A DNA stretch of 32,000 nucleotides from Candidatus Helarchaeota ASGARD archaeon Hel_GB_B (GCA_005191425.1 SUPR01000020.1:8519-40518), one strand, 5' to 3'. Shown: positions 1-10,011, numbered from the stretch's first letter. The notes: generated from the sequence alone by a model not told the origin. A program made the numbers and translations.

Positions 1-371
1 TGACTCAATCTATCTAAATCTTTTATATTTTTTTCTGAATCAACAGCTACTATTATTGTTTTACTTTTAGCCAGGCCAAGCATTCTTACAATTTTCTCTT
101 CTGAGACTATTTCATTTGCTATTAAGATATTATCAAAACCATTTTTAGCGAATACTTCAGCTTCTGAAACTTTTGCAACGGTGATTCCATTAGCTCCAGC
201 TTTTAACTGCATTTGACCAATAGTTGGACATTTATGAGTTTTAACATGTGGCCTTAAATTAATAGAATTTTCTTTTGCAAAATTAGCCATGAGTTTTATG
301 TTATATTCCAACTTTTTCTTATCTATAATTAATGCTGGAGTCGAAATTTTATTTTTTAACTTTTCATCCAT
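1..371 (-). CDS. PLP-dependent fold-type III enzyme, D-threonine aldolase/D-serine dehydratase (DSD1)-like; runs off the left edge
   Basis: Not in the ORF track. Hand translation from ATG at 371: MDEKLKNKISTPALIIDKKKLEYNIKLMANFAKENSINLRPHVKTHKCPTIGQMQLKAGANGITVAKVSEAEVF..., with the family motifs TPALIID and LRPHxKTHK (PLP lysine). Confidence 0.85.
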   Translation of the reverse strand, partial: MDEKLKNKISTPALIIDKKKLEYNIKLMANFAKENSINLRPHVKTHKCPTIGQMQLKAGANGITVAKVSEAEVFAKNGFDNILIANEIVSEEKIVRMLGLAKSKTIIVAVDSEKNIKDLDRLS

Positions 372-888
372 AGTTGGTCCCTTGATTAAAATTTCTAAAT
401 GTAATATATAATTAAAAAAATAGTTTAGAGATAAATCTTTGGGTTTAAAAGATATTATAATTTATATCGTTATCTTAAAATTAGAAAAAAATCGTATAGA
501 ATTAAATTAAATCAGCTCATTTGTGTAATACTTTTCAATTTATTTGAATTTGCTTTTAATTTAATACAATCTAAATAAATGTTTAAGAAAAAATCTCATC
601 ATAACGGAATGATACCGATAAATTATTAAATATATATAACATCGAGAAAGTTAATTTTGAATATTTAGGATTTATTGAATAAATCTATAAGATGTTTAAT
701 AATATAATTTAATAACAACAATAAAACAAAAAAAAAAATTCAATTTTACATCAATTATTCAATTATATTCTCGAATTTTATCTGGTTTAATTCTTTATTT
801 TTTAATTTATGTTCAAAAAGTTATTAATACCCAATGTTCAAAAATAGATTTTAAAAAAATTTATATTTAGAAATAATATACTTAGTTT

Positions 889-1956
889 ATGAAAGTACTC
901 GATTATCTTGACATATACAAACCAAAAATTAATGAAACAATTAAGAAAATATTTAATTATAAATTAGATAAAGTTAAAGCGCCAATTTTAAAAGGTTACT
1001 ATTCAGAATTACTTGATTATTTTTTATCGGGTGGAAAAAGGCTTAGGCCTTTAATTTGTATAGCAAGTTATAATGCTTTCAAAAAAGAAAAAGATGAAAG
1101 AATTATTTTTCCAAGCGTAGGAATTGAATTTTTGCATAATGCATCTTTAATACACGATGATATAATTGATAGAGATGATTTTAGAAGAAATAATCCGGCA
1201 TTTCATTATAAGTTTAGAAAATATCATGAAGATCACCATCTAAAAAAGATGGATAAATATCATTACGGAACATCAATGGGGATTATTGGGGGTGATTTTG
1301 CGTTTTTTATTGGATTAAATGCATTTTCTAACAATGAATTTAATGAATTGAAAAATTTGAAGGCTGTAAATTATTATGCAGAAGCATTTTATGAATTGTG
1401 TGATGGTATTTTAATTGAAATGGATATGATAAACAGGAATGATTTGATAATTGATGAATATATTGAAATGATCTCTCTAAAAACTGGTGCATTAATTCAA
1501 AAATCAATGTTAATAGGAGCCATGTATGCAGATGCTCCAGAAAATGCTTTGAATTATTTAGGAAATTATGGTATTAATGTAGGGATAATATTTCAAATTA
1601 TAGACGATATTTTAGGTACTTTTGGAGATGAAAAAGTAACAGGAAAACCTATAGACGGTGATATTAGAGAAGGGAAAAAAACATGTCTTTTAATTAAAGC
1701 ATTACAGAATTTAGACCAAAATAAAAGGAACGAATTAATTAATTTAGTCGGGAAAAATAATATTACACAGGATGAAATTAATAAAGTTAGGGAATTATTT
1801 AAAGAATCAGATGCCATTAACGCATGCATGGAATTAGTTAATAAGTATAAGGATTTAGCCAAAAATCAACTTGAACAAATTCAACAAGAGATAAATCAAT
1901 CAGAATTTGAGTTTTATGAAAATCTATTAAAGTACGTATCTGAGCGGTCATTTTAA
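889..1956 (+). CDS. idsA: trans-isoprenyl diphosphate synthase (GGPP synthase/polyprenyl synthetase family)
   Basis: GGKRLRP, first Asp-rich motif LIHDDIIDRDDFRR, KTGAL, second motif FQIIDDILG, DIREGKKT. Overlaps the convergent fni stop by 4 nt. Confidence 0.92.
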   Translation: MKVLDYLDIYKPKINETIKKIFNYKLDKVKAPILKGYYSELLDYFLSGGKRLRPLICIASYNAFKKEKDERIIFPSVGIEFLHNASLIHDDIIDRDDFRRNNPAFHYKFRKYHEDHHLKKMDKYHYGTSMGIIGGDFAFFIGLNAFSNNEFNELKNLKAVNYYAEAFYELCDGILIEMDMINRNDLIIDEYIEMISLKTGALIQKSMLIGAMYADAPENALNYLGNYGINVGIIFQIIDDILGTFGDEKVTGKPIDGDIREGKKTCLLIKALQNLDQNKRNELINLVGKNNITQDEINKVRELFKESDAINACMELVNKYKDLAKNQLEQIQQEINQSEFEFYENLLKYVSERSF

Positions 1957-3041
1957 TATTTCGGCTGCTCTAACCATCTATACAAATTACCAAGAATTAT
2001 TATTTTTTTATGATTACCTTTTAATTCTTCTATATTTTTTACATTCAATAACCACAAACATGATCTGATTTCATTTTTTAAAGTCTTGATTTCATTAATA
2101 GTATTTAAAATTGAATTCTCTTCAAGGTCTTTCCAAGCAGACACTAAAAAGTTATATGCGAGCCCGCCAAAATCTGCACCCAGAATAATTGATTTTACTA
2201 TATCTATTCCAGAACGTATTCCTCCAGTAGCAATAATCAATTTTTTTGAAATATTTCTTACATATAATATACTAACAGGAGTAGGAATGCCCCAGTTTTT
2301 GAAGATATCAGCGGGTTTACGGGTAAATTTCTTTGGATAATTATTTCTTATTGATTCTATTGCTGAAAAATTAGTCCCACCATATCCACCAATATCAAAC
2401 CCATCAAATCCAAGAGAATCAAGTTTAATTGCTATTTCTTTATTAAAACCTGTCCCTGTTTCTTTTGCAATTATTGGGATATCAAATTGCGCCCTTATTT
2501 TAGTGAAATTTTTCTCAAACAATTTATATGAAGTATTCCCATTAGGTTGTAACATTTCATGTAAAGCATTAAAATGTATAGCAATAGCATCTGCATTAAT
2601 CATATCAATACATTTCTGGAAATCATTTTCTTGAAAATCTTTATCACTAATTTGCCCGATTCCAATATTTCCTATCTTAGGGATATTAGGTGCTATCTCA
2701 TTAATTATTTTAAATGAGTCGATATTTGCAGGCTTTTCAAGTGCTGCGCGCTGACTTCCCACCCCTAGTACAATATTCTCTTTTTCAGCGGCATTTGCCA
2801 ATATTTTATTTATTTTTTTAGATATTGGATGACCACCAGTCATTCCAGCAATACAAATAGGTGCATCGATAACTTTATTAAAAAAATTTACCGAAATGTC
2901 TATTTCATTTATATCATATTCTGGAAGAGAATGATGGACAAACTTAATATATTTAAAGTAATTTTCAGAAGTTTGTACATCAAATTCAATTGGAATTTTA
3001 AGGTGATCAAGTTTTCTATCTATAATTTTTTCATCAACCAC
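1953..3041 (-). CDS. fni: type 2 (FMN-dependent) isopentenyl-diphosphate delta-isomerase
   Basis: RKLDHL N-terminus, IAGMTGG, GVGSQRAAL, HFNALHEMLQPNG, AKETGTG, GGYGGTNF, ATGGIRSGIDIVKSIILGA. Confidence 0.95.
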   Translation of the reverse strand: MVDEKIIDRKLDHLKIPIEFDVQTSENYFKYIKFVHHSLPEYDINEIDISVNFFNKVIDAPICIAGMTGGHPISKKINKILANAAEKENIVLGVGSQRAALEKPANIDSFKIINEIAPNIPKIGNIGIGQISDKDFQENDFQKCIDMINADAIAIHFNALHEMLQPNGNTSYKLFEKNFTKIRAQFDIPIIAKETGTGFNKEIAIKLDSLGFDGFDIGGYGGTNFSAIESIRNNYPKKFTRKPADIFKNWGIPTPVSILYVRNISKKLIIATGGIRSGIDIVKSIILGADFGGLAYNFLVSAWKDLEENSILNTINEIKTLKNEIRSCLWLLNVKNIEELKGNHKKIIILGNLYRWLEQPKY

Positions 3042-3152
3042 TGGTCAAACCCTTTAATTTTTTAAAAATTACAACTTAATATTCAATGTTAATAAAAAAT
3101 AAATTAATTCTATTTATATTGATATTCTGGCTGAATAATATTGTCATTTATT

Positions 3153-3950
3153 TTATTTGATTATTGTTGATGGTATATAATTATTTTTAAGAGATTTGAA
3201 AATGTAATCATCTTTCAAACCATTAATTAATTGGACAGGTATTTTTAAACCAATAATTTGCTTGATTTTATTAATTTTCTCTTCAATACCACCAGTTACA
3301 TCAATTTTGTCCACAAATTTAGCTAATTTTAGTCCTTGTAATTCCGATGAATTTACTGAAGTGAGTAATGTGGGTGAATTTTCATCAGATTCGATATAAA
3401 TTCCATCTTGGTCCATTGCAAAAATTACCTTTTCTATTTTATAATTTTTGATGTTATCGCATATTTCAACGATAATTTCATCGCCAGAAATTATAGAAAA
3501 TGACTTTTTAGTATCAAAAATAATATCACCATATAATATTGGAACAATTTCTAATTTTAAGAGTAATTCAATTTTATAGATTAATTTTGACGATGTTATA
3601 TTTCCATTTTTAAGAAAGATGCTAGATGGGTCAATTGAAATTGCAGGAACTCCGTTGTTAATAAATTCTTTTACTATAAATGAATTAAATTCAACCATAG
3701 CTTGGTGAGTTTTTGCCAACCCTAAGCACTGGTCTTTAATTTCGGGATTAAAACCGTCAACAATTTTAAATTTTTTAGCTAAAGGGTGTCCAAATGACCC
3801 CCCGCCATGAATTAAAATTATTTTCTCATTACTTTGAATAATTTGATAAATACATTTTTTAACGACTTTTCTCCTTAAGGAAAAAGGTTTATCTTTATCC
3901 GTTAATAAGCTACCTCCAAGTTTAATGATTTTGATATTATTATTGCTCAT
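3153..3950 (-). CDS. ipk: isopentenyl phosphate kinase (amino-acid-kinase fold)
   Basis: IIKLGGSLLTDK, LIHGGGSFGHPLA, VPILYGD, SGDEI, DVTGGIEEK. Start placed at ATG 3950 (MSNNN), overlapping the mvk stop; the track extends the ORF to 3974. Confidence 0.92.
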   Translation of the reverse strand: MSNNNIKIIKLGGSLLTDKDKPFSLRRKVVKKCIYQIIQSNEKIILIHGGGSFGHPLAKKFKIVDGFNPEIKDQCLGLAKTHQAMVEFNSFIVKEFINNGVPAISIDPSSIFLKNGNITSSKLIYKIELLLKLEIVPILYGDIIFDTKKSFSIISGDEIIVEICDNIKNYKIEKVIFAMDQDGIYIESDENSPTLLTSVNSSELQGLKLAKFVDKIDVTGGIEEKINKIKQIIGLKIPVQLINGLKDDYIFKSLKNNYIPSTIIK

Positions 3951-4917
3951 CAATTTTCGCCCCAATTCGGTCAATTTTTACAATAAATGTTTTGAATCCA
4001 TTCTTATTTAACTCTTTAGCTATTTTTTTTAGGTCCGTCCCTATTGAGATTACATGACCACCTAAACCTGCACCAGTGAGTTTTGACCCAAAAGCGCCAG
4101 CATTAAGTGCAATATCGTTAATTTGTGATATAATAGAATTAGATACACCAAGTGCTGATAAAAGACCTTGGTTAATTTTCATCAAGAGTCCAACATTAAT
4201 AAAATTATTTTTGGTGAGTTCAATTCTGGCTTTATCAGTAATCTTACCGATAGAACTAAAGATTTGGTCTGTTATTTCAGGATATTTAGTAATAATCTTT
4301 TTTATTTTAGTTATTGCTTGACTTGTTTGGTGCTCAATACCTGTATATGTCAATATTATATGAAAATCTTCGGGTATATTTAATAGTTCAAATCTCTTTT
4401 TTTTAAAATAAATAATATTTCCAAATGTACACGTTGTATTGTCAATTCCTGAAGGTGTTAGGTGTATAAATTTTTCCATTTCAAATGCAAATTCCGAAAT
4501 TTTAGATTTATTCAAATTCAATTGATAAAATTCATTAAAAGCTGAAATCATTGCTACTGCAATAGATGCAGAAGATCCCAAGCCAGATGCCGGAATAATT
4601 GATGAACTTAAAGTGATCCTTATTTTTTTTATTGGATTTTCTATCAATTTCGAAATCATTTGAACTCCATTTTTAATGTGAGAGAATTCAGCAGGAATAT
4701 CATTTATAAATTGGGTAAAATTTTTGAATTTAAAGTATTTATTAAAATTTTTAAGATTTAATTCAATTTTATCATCACTGATCTCTTCTATTCTACACCT
4801 CGACCTTAAATTAATCCCCAATGCAATAGCCGGATGCCCATAAACTACAGCATGTTCTCCAAATAGGATGCATTTTCCCGGCGCAGATGCAGAAATACAT
4901 TTATTAAAGTTTTTCAC
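3940..4917 (-). CDS. mvk: mevalonate kinase (GHMP family)
   Basis: ASAPGKCILFGEHAVVYG, GLGSSAS, PSGIDN, SKLTGAGLGG. Confidence 0.93.
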   Translation of the reverse strand: MKNFNKCISASAPGKCILFGEHAVVYGHPAIALGINLRSRCRIEEISDDKIELNLKNFNKYFKFKNFTQFINDIPAEFSHIKNGVQMISKLIENPIKKIRITLSSSIIPASGLGSSASIAVAMISAFNEFYQLNLNKSKISEFAFEMEKFIHLTPSGIDNTTCTFGNIIYFKKKRFELLNIPEDFHIILTYTGIEHQTSQAITKIKKIITKYPEITDQIFSSIGKITDKARIELTKNNFINVGLLMKINQGLLSALGVSNSIISQINDIALNAGAFGSKLTGAGLGGHVISIGTDLKKIAKELNKNGFKTFIVKIDRIGAKIDEQ

Positions 4918-6184
4918 CAGCCAAGAGTCTATTTACTATATTTTTTGCATAATCAAGTCTAAAAACATTATTTTTAATTAAAATACTTGAAACTTTTTGA
5001 ACCAAATCATCTGGAGCACCAGCTAATTTTGCTATATTTCGAGCATGTAAAGCCATATGACCTCGTTGAATTCCTTCTGAAACTAAGGCTTTTAGCGCGG
5101 CTAAATTTTGTGCAAGTCCAAGAGAAACTGCCACTTGTGCCAGTTCTCCAGCACTTTTAACTCCTAAAATTTTGAGCGAAATATTAGCCATAGGATGAAT
5201 TTTTGTCATTCCACCAATAATACCCAGTGCTATAGGTAATTCTAATTCTCCAATTAAATTACCGTCAGCGTCTATAGAATATTTACTTAGTGGTGAATAT
5301 TTTCCATTTAATGAAGCATAAGCATGTGCCCCAGCTTCTAGAGCTCTTGTATCATTTCCTGTAGCAAGTGCTAATGCTATTATTCCATTCATTATTCCTT
5401 TATTATGAGTTGATGCCCTGTATGGATCAACTTCAGCAAATGCTAATGCGTCCAAGATCCCATCGACAACTTCAGCGCCACCTAATAACTCTTTATCGAA
5501 AACTGCTCTACATTTTGCAATTCGATATGTTGCCAAGTTGGAAACAATTCTTAGATAAACTTTACTATCACATAATTGCTCAATGTATGGTGTAATTGCT
5601 TCTGCCATAGAATTGACAATATTTGCTCCCATTGCATTTAATACATCAACTAATAAATGGACTATTAACATGGCTCCCCTTTTCGTATTTAATTCTTTTA
5701 ACTGAATATCAATTGCCCCCCCATTTAGTTTATTTAAAGTTGGGTGCAGTTCATTAGCCATCTTTAATATTTGGCTTTTGTTTTTTAATATTGCTTCTTT
5801 TGCTGTAGAGATATCTTTTAAATGAGTGAGTTGGATTTGTGAAATCATTATAGAACTTACTTTCTCAGCTTGAAACCCCCCATGTTTTCGAGCTATTTTT
5901 GCAGCATTTGAAGCAGCAGCTACTACTGATGGCTCTTCAATGACCATTGGGATTAAATAATCTTTATTATTTATTTTAAAATAGGTTGCTATTCCCATTG
6001 GCAATTGATAACTCCCTATCACATTTTCGATCATTGTGTTTAGTTTGATAGATGATAAATAACCTAAATTACGTAATATTTTCAGGTCATCTGATGACAA
6101 TTTAACCAATTTTGCAATTAAATCTTGTCGCTCTTCAAGAGAATAATTATAGAGCCCAGAAATATCAGATCGAATTATAGGCAT
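4904..6184 (-). CDS. mvaA: class II HMG-CoA reductase
   Basis: ENVIG, EEPSVVAAAS, NAMGANIVN, HNKGIMNG, GNDTRALEAGAH, and C-terminal GIQRGHMALHA with the catalytic His flap, all class II features. Confidence 0.93.
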   Translation of the reverse strand: MPIIRSDISGLYNYSLEERQDLIAKLVKLSSDDLKILRNLGYLSSIKLNTMIENVIGSYQLPMGIATYFKINNKDYLIPMVIEEPSVVAAASNAAKIARKHGGFQAEKVSSIMISQIQLTHLKDISTAKEAILKNKSQILKMANELHPTLNKLNGGAIDIQLKELNTKRGAMLIVHLLVDVLNAMGANIVNSMAEAITPYIEQLCDSKVYLRIVSNLATYRIAKCRAVFDKELLGGAEVVDGILDALAFAEVDPYRASTHNKGIMNGIIALALATGNDTRALEAGAHAYASLNGKYSPLSKYSIDADGNLIGELELPIALGIIGGMTKIHPMANISLKILGVKSAGELAQVAVSLGLAQNLAALKALVSEGIQRGHMALHARNIAKLAGAPDDLVQKVSSILIKNNVFRLDYAKNIVNRLLAGEKL

Positions 6185-6190
6185 AATAAT

Positions 6191-6196
6191 TCACCT
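6191..6196 (-). promoter_or_regulatory. archaeal-type Shine-Dalgarno AGGTGA for HMGR, overlapping the upstream stop codon
   Basis: Minus strand reads AAAAGGTGAATTATTATG. The TGA is the decarboxylase stop and the ATG follows 6 nt later, suggesting translational coupling. Confidence 0.65.
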
Positions 6197-7420
6197 TTTA
6201 TTATTTTCAACAAATTTTTCTATATCTTCTTTTATTAAATTTGCTTCAAAAGAATTTTCGTCAATTATTTTAGAGGGCCCTGCTATTTTCCCCTCACTTA
6301 AATTGAAATTTTGGTTTAATTCTTTAATTCTTTTTATAACCTTATTTTTATTATTTATTAATGTTAACAAAACCACAGAAGGCCCGGTATCAATTGAATA
6401 ATAGACACCAGGTATTTTTTCAATACAAGACATTATTTTTAATGTATCATAAGTCCATGCAAAAAACTTTTTATGATACCTTAGTTTAGCTGTCATTGAA
6501 ACTGAATGTAGTGCCAATGTATCTGTTTCTGTTAATTCCCCTATTTTTTCAAAATTTTTTTCATTTAATGCTTCAATAAATTTAAAGACCATATTACACC
6601 TATTTAATGCCCAAGATTTGTAGAAAGGAGATTTTAAAGCAATCTTGTGGGCTTGATCCGTTTTTAATTTCGATTGCAAGGGAATTGTTATTAGAGTAAT
6701 ATTATTTAACCAAGAACTAATTTCATCCCTATCAAGTCTTATCGCATATGAGTCATAAGAATCTATTTTTGGATGATTCAACCAAATTGCAATACCACCA
6801 GCAGCACTCCTGGATGCAGAGCCAGATAAATACCTTGAAAAAATACTTATTAATCTCTTATTCTCAGTAAATTCTGGTCGACCATTATATATTATAGAAA
6901 TTGCTGCTGTTGCTAATGCTGCACCACCTGAGGCTGATGTCCCTAGTCCTTTTCCTTCAATTGAAGATGTAATAATAGAATTTTTATTCTTTAAAATTTT
7001 TAAAAAGTTTCTTGAAACAATTATTGCTTTAGTCTTAATTTTTGAGAATTTTCGGATTACATCTAATAAATTTACTATTCTTTCTAATTTCTTTCCTTTT
7101 AATTTCTTCCCATTTAAATATGCAATGTCTTTTTTTAAATTTGGGCTGAATTTTAAATATGATACAGTAAAACCAGAACCATTATTTAATGAAATACTTG
7201 GAAAATAAGCAATCCTTTCTTTAATGTCTGCAAGTCCATGATATTTTAAAAGCCCCTGGATTGGATACGCAATTGAATAGGCTTCACCAGATTTATTTAT
7301 CCCTCTATGGCTTTTTGGTATTTCATAATTAAAATATTGATTTTTTTTTAAGTAATTGTAAATTTTTTGATAATCTAATTCTAATTTTTTAATAAAAGAA
7401 TCTGTAAAATTAATAATCAT
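6191..7420 (-). CDS. mvaD: GHMP-family decarboxylase, most like haloarchaea-type phosphomevalonate decarboxylase, with a ~45-aa N-terminal extension
   Basis: AYPIQGLLKYHG resembles the haloarchaeal AHPIQGLVKYHG motif rather than classical NIAxIKYWG; also GLGTSASGGAA, SGSASRS, SIDTGPSV. Lies in an operon with mvk and ipk; no phosphomevalonate kinase in the cluster. Confidence 0.8.
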   Translation of the reverse strand: MIINFTDSFIKKLELDYQKIYNYLKKNQYFNYEIPKSHRGINKSGEAYSIAYPIQGLLKYHGLADIKERIAYFPSISLNNGSGFTVSYLKFSPNLKKDIAYLNGKKLKGKKLERIVNLLDVIRKFSKIKTKAIIVSRNFLKILKNKNSIITSSIEGKGLGTSASGGAALATAAISIIYNGRPEFTENKRLISIFSRYLSGSASRSAAGGIAIWLNHPKIDSYDSYAIRLDRDEISSWLNNITLITIPLQSKLKTDQAHKIALKSPFYKSWALNRCNMVFKFIEALNEKNFEKIGELTETDTLALHSVSMTAKLRYHKKFFAWTYDTLKIMSCIEKIPGVYYSIDTGPSVVLLTLINNKNKVIKRIKELNQNFNLSEGKIAGPSKIIDENSFEANLIKEDIEKFVENNKR

Positions 7421-7434
7421 TTTTAATCAGTTGT

Positions 7435-9072
7435 TTAAATATATGGGGATGCCTTATCATATATTGGGATATAAGTAGGAGCCCACGATAATAATCCTTT
7501 AACTTGGATATCTTCAGATTCTGGAATATCAACCCGCCTAAATTCATATTCTAAAATATTTCCTTTAGTTGGTCTTCCTAAAATTCTGACCATTTTATTT
7601 TTAAGAAAACTCAAATCTGAAACATCTGTTTTAATGGGTTCAGAAACTAATTCCGCAATTAATGGGAAAAAGCGTCTATGGAAACCTGAATGACCTTTGG
7701 GGCAATAATTAAGACCTTTAATTGGAGGAATAATACAACCTTCATCACAAAATGTTAAGATAAATCCACGGTTTTTGTTTAATTCGTGTTCCTTAATCTG
7801 CCCCAAATAAATTTCTGGAGTATAGTTTCCCATTCTAATATCTTCATATTCTTTAACAGTTTTTCTAATTTTATTATTAAAGTAGTCAATTAAACGAGGA
7901 CGTTTATCGACAATTTTTCTAAAAGACGGAAGCACTTTTAGAAGACCGGCTAAACAAGTAGCACCCGAACCATATGACCCAAAATATATAGTATCGTTTG
8001 GGTTTGCGAACCGTTCAAGAATATAAAATATTTGACTCCAAACAGACGCTGAATACATGTTTCCGAAGTTCATAGGCACTCTTAATTGAGGTAATACTTT
8101 ATGTTTTATTATTGTAAATATTCTATTTTTTATTATATCAATTTGAGATATAGGTAGACCTGCTTTTTTCAGTTTATTTAAAATGAAATCGGGTACTACA
8201 CTTACATTTTGGACTATCGAATCAATTTTTCTAATTATTGATGTAGGAGAAGTATAAGACCTTAATTTCAAAAGACCTTCAATATTATTAGTCCATCTTT
8301 TTAAAATTATTTGTTGAATACATTTTAATGGTAATTTAGAATATGGCGCATGAAAAGTATAATAATCGGCTGTAAAATCACCAATATTTTTTACCAAATC
8401 GTCATAAGCTCCTAATTGAAATCTTAAATATGATTCAGTTGAGTATTTTCCAAATACTTGAGCTACTTTACTTTCTGCGGGTCTAAAGAAATCATCGATA
8501 TTACTGGAAATTTTGCCAAATTTTTTACTAAAAACAGCAACTCTTGGATTTTTAGAAATTACCATAGCAATTGCTCCTGCACCTTGTGTTGGCTCCCCAG
8601 GGCTCCCCAGTTCATAATATGAAATATCTGCCCCAATAACCAAGGCTCGATTTATGACCTCTTTTTCTATTAGTCCAATTGCATTAATTATTGATAAAGT
8701 AGCAGCAGCACATGCGTTATATGTATCTTGGGTAATTGAATTAATCGATATTCCCAGTAATTCGGCTAAAATGTTTGAAATTGACTTAACAGCATATGTT
8801 ATTGTTTCTGTCCCAACGAATACTGCATCAATTTTTTTAGGATTAATTCCACCTTTTAGTAATGCATTATAACCGGCTTTTAATCCCATCGAAACTATAT
8901 CTTCACCAAAATCTGGTATTCTCATCTCTCTTAATAATAGTCCATGTTTGTATTTATTAGGATCTATGTTTCTTATTTTTGCTAAATCCTCTAATTTCAA
9001 GTAAAGTCTAGGTGCATAAAATCCAATAGAATCTATTCCTACATTACTAAATAGGTGTTCATTATTTAACAT
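7435..9072 (-). CDS. mvaS: HMG-CoA synthase (bacterial/MvaS-like) with C-terminal Zn-ribbon/OB (DUF35-like) extension
   Basis: GIDSIGFYAP, VGTET (Glu), YNACAAA (Cys), GEPTQGAGA, DFFRP, TFHAPY (His), GNMYSAS. At 545 aa it carries an extra tail with C442-x3-C446...C457-x3-H461. Confidence 0.88.
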   Translation of the reverse strand: MLNNEHLFSNVGIDSIGFYAPRLYLKLEDLAKIRNIDPNKYKHGLLLREMRIPDFGEDIVSMGLKAGYNALLKGGINPKKIDAVFVGTETITYAVKSISNILAELLGISINSITQDTYNACAAATLSIINAIGLIEKEVINRALVIGADISYYELGSPGEPTQGAGAIAMVISKNPRVAVFSKKFGKISSNIDDFFRPAESKVAQVFGKYSTESYLRFQLGAYDDLVKNIGDFTADYYTFHAPYSKLPLKCIQQIILKRWTNNIEGLLKLRSYTSPTSIIRKIDSIVQNVSVVPDFILNKLKKAGLPISQIDIIKNRIFTIIKHKVLPQLRVPMNFGNMYSASVWSQIFYILERFANPNDTIYFGSYGSGATCLAGLLKVLPSFRKIVDKRPRLIDYFNNKIRKTVKEYEDIRMGNYTPEIYLGQIKEHELNKNRGFILTFCDEGCIIPPIKGLNYCPKGHSGFHRRFFPLIAELVSEPIKTDVSDLSFLKNKMVRILGRPTKGNILEYEFRRVDIPESEDIQVKGLLSWAPTYIPIYDKASPYI

Positions 9073-9285
9073 GTTACAGGTTCTCTTACTTGTTTTTCTT
9101 TAAAAATATATTGTCTTAACATCTGTAAATTTCAAATTCTAAATTTTTAGATATAGATGTTATCTTTTAAAAATTATATTCTTTAAAATTCAAGATTACT
9201 CAGATATTTTATATTCCCATTCTCATAAAAATATCTTGCTGTAATTTTAATTTTATTAATTTAATTAAATATTGAAGGAATAAAA

Positions 9286-10011
9286 TTGGAAATCCTAAAA
9301 AGAGAGGCAAAAGGCAATCTCCCAAATCATATTGGACTCATTTTAGACGGAAATAGGCGTTGGGCTAAAAAACGAAATCTTCACATTAATCTAGGACATC
9401 TTGCAGGTTATGAAACTTTAAAACGCGTTTTATTTTACTTTTTAGAATTAGAAATAAAATATTTAAGCATTTATAGTCTATCTGAGGAAAATGTAAAAAA
9501 ACGCAGTAAGGAAGAATTAAATTATATTTATGGACTCATGGTCAAGGCTTTTGAAGAAGTGATAAATGAACCAAAAATTAAAGAGGAAAAAGTCCGAATT
9601 AATTTTATTGGTAAAATTGAACTTGTCCCTCCTGAAATTAGAGAAAAACTTAACCATCTTAGCGAATTAACAAAAGATCATGACAGGTACCTCATTAATT
9701 TCTGCGTTGTCTATGATGGACAGGAAGAAATTGTCCAAGCAGTCAAACAGATCTTAAAAGATAAAATACCACCTGAAAAAATAGATAAAAAATTGATAAA
9801 ATCCTATTTATATACAAAAGATTTCCCTGAATTAGATTATCTAATACGCACAGGTATGGAAGACGGAGCTCGAATCTCTGGATTTTTACTCTGGGACGCT
9901 TCTTATGCCGAATTTAAATTCCATAAAGAATTTTGGCCGGATTATAACAAAAATATGTTGATTGAAGATATTAAAGATTATTTAAACAGAAAAAGAAGAC
10001 TTGGAAAATAA
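9286..10011 (+). CDS. uppS: cis-prenyltransferase (UppS/di-trans,poly-cis isoprenyl diphosphate synthase)
   Basis: PNHIGLILDGNRRWA, GHLAG, SEEN, DYLIRTG, RISGFLLW, FWPD, C-terminal RRLGK. Confidence 0.93.
   Translation: MEILKREAKGNLPNHIGLILDGNRRWAKKRNLHINLGHLAGYETLKRVLFYFLELEIKYLSIYSLSEENVKKRSKEELNYIYGLMVKAFEEVINEPKIKEEKVRINFIGKIELVPPEIREKLNHLSELTKDHDRYLINFCVVYDGQEEIVQAVKQILKDKIPPEKIDKKLIKSYLYTKDFPELDYLIRTGMEDGARISGFLLWDASYAEFKFHKEFWPDYNKNMLIEDIKDYLNRKRRLGK

Noticed and set aside
372-888. Long AT-rich intergenic stretches (also 19779-20117) as possible ncRNA or replication origin.
   Set aside because: No convincing stems, ORB-like repeats or neighbouring cdc6; they fit divergent promoter regions, and TATA boxes cannot be distinguished at this AT content.
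6191-7420. Classical diphosphomevalonate decarboxylase or Thermoplasma-type mevalonate-3-kinase.
   Set aside because: The PIQGLLKYHG motif, the presence of MVK and IPK, and the absence of phosphomevalonate kinase fit the haloarchaea-type enzyme better; untested biochemically.
8591-8610. Perfect 10-bp tandem repeat GGCTCCCCAG x2 in HMG-CoA synthase.
   Set aside because: It encodes LGSPGEP leading into the conserved GEPTQGAGA motif with the frame intact, so it is a coding coincidence.
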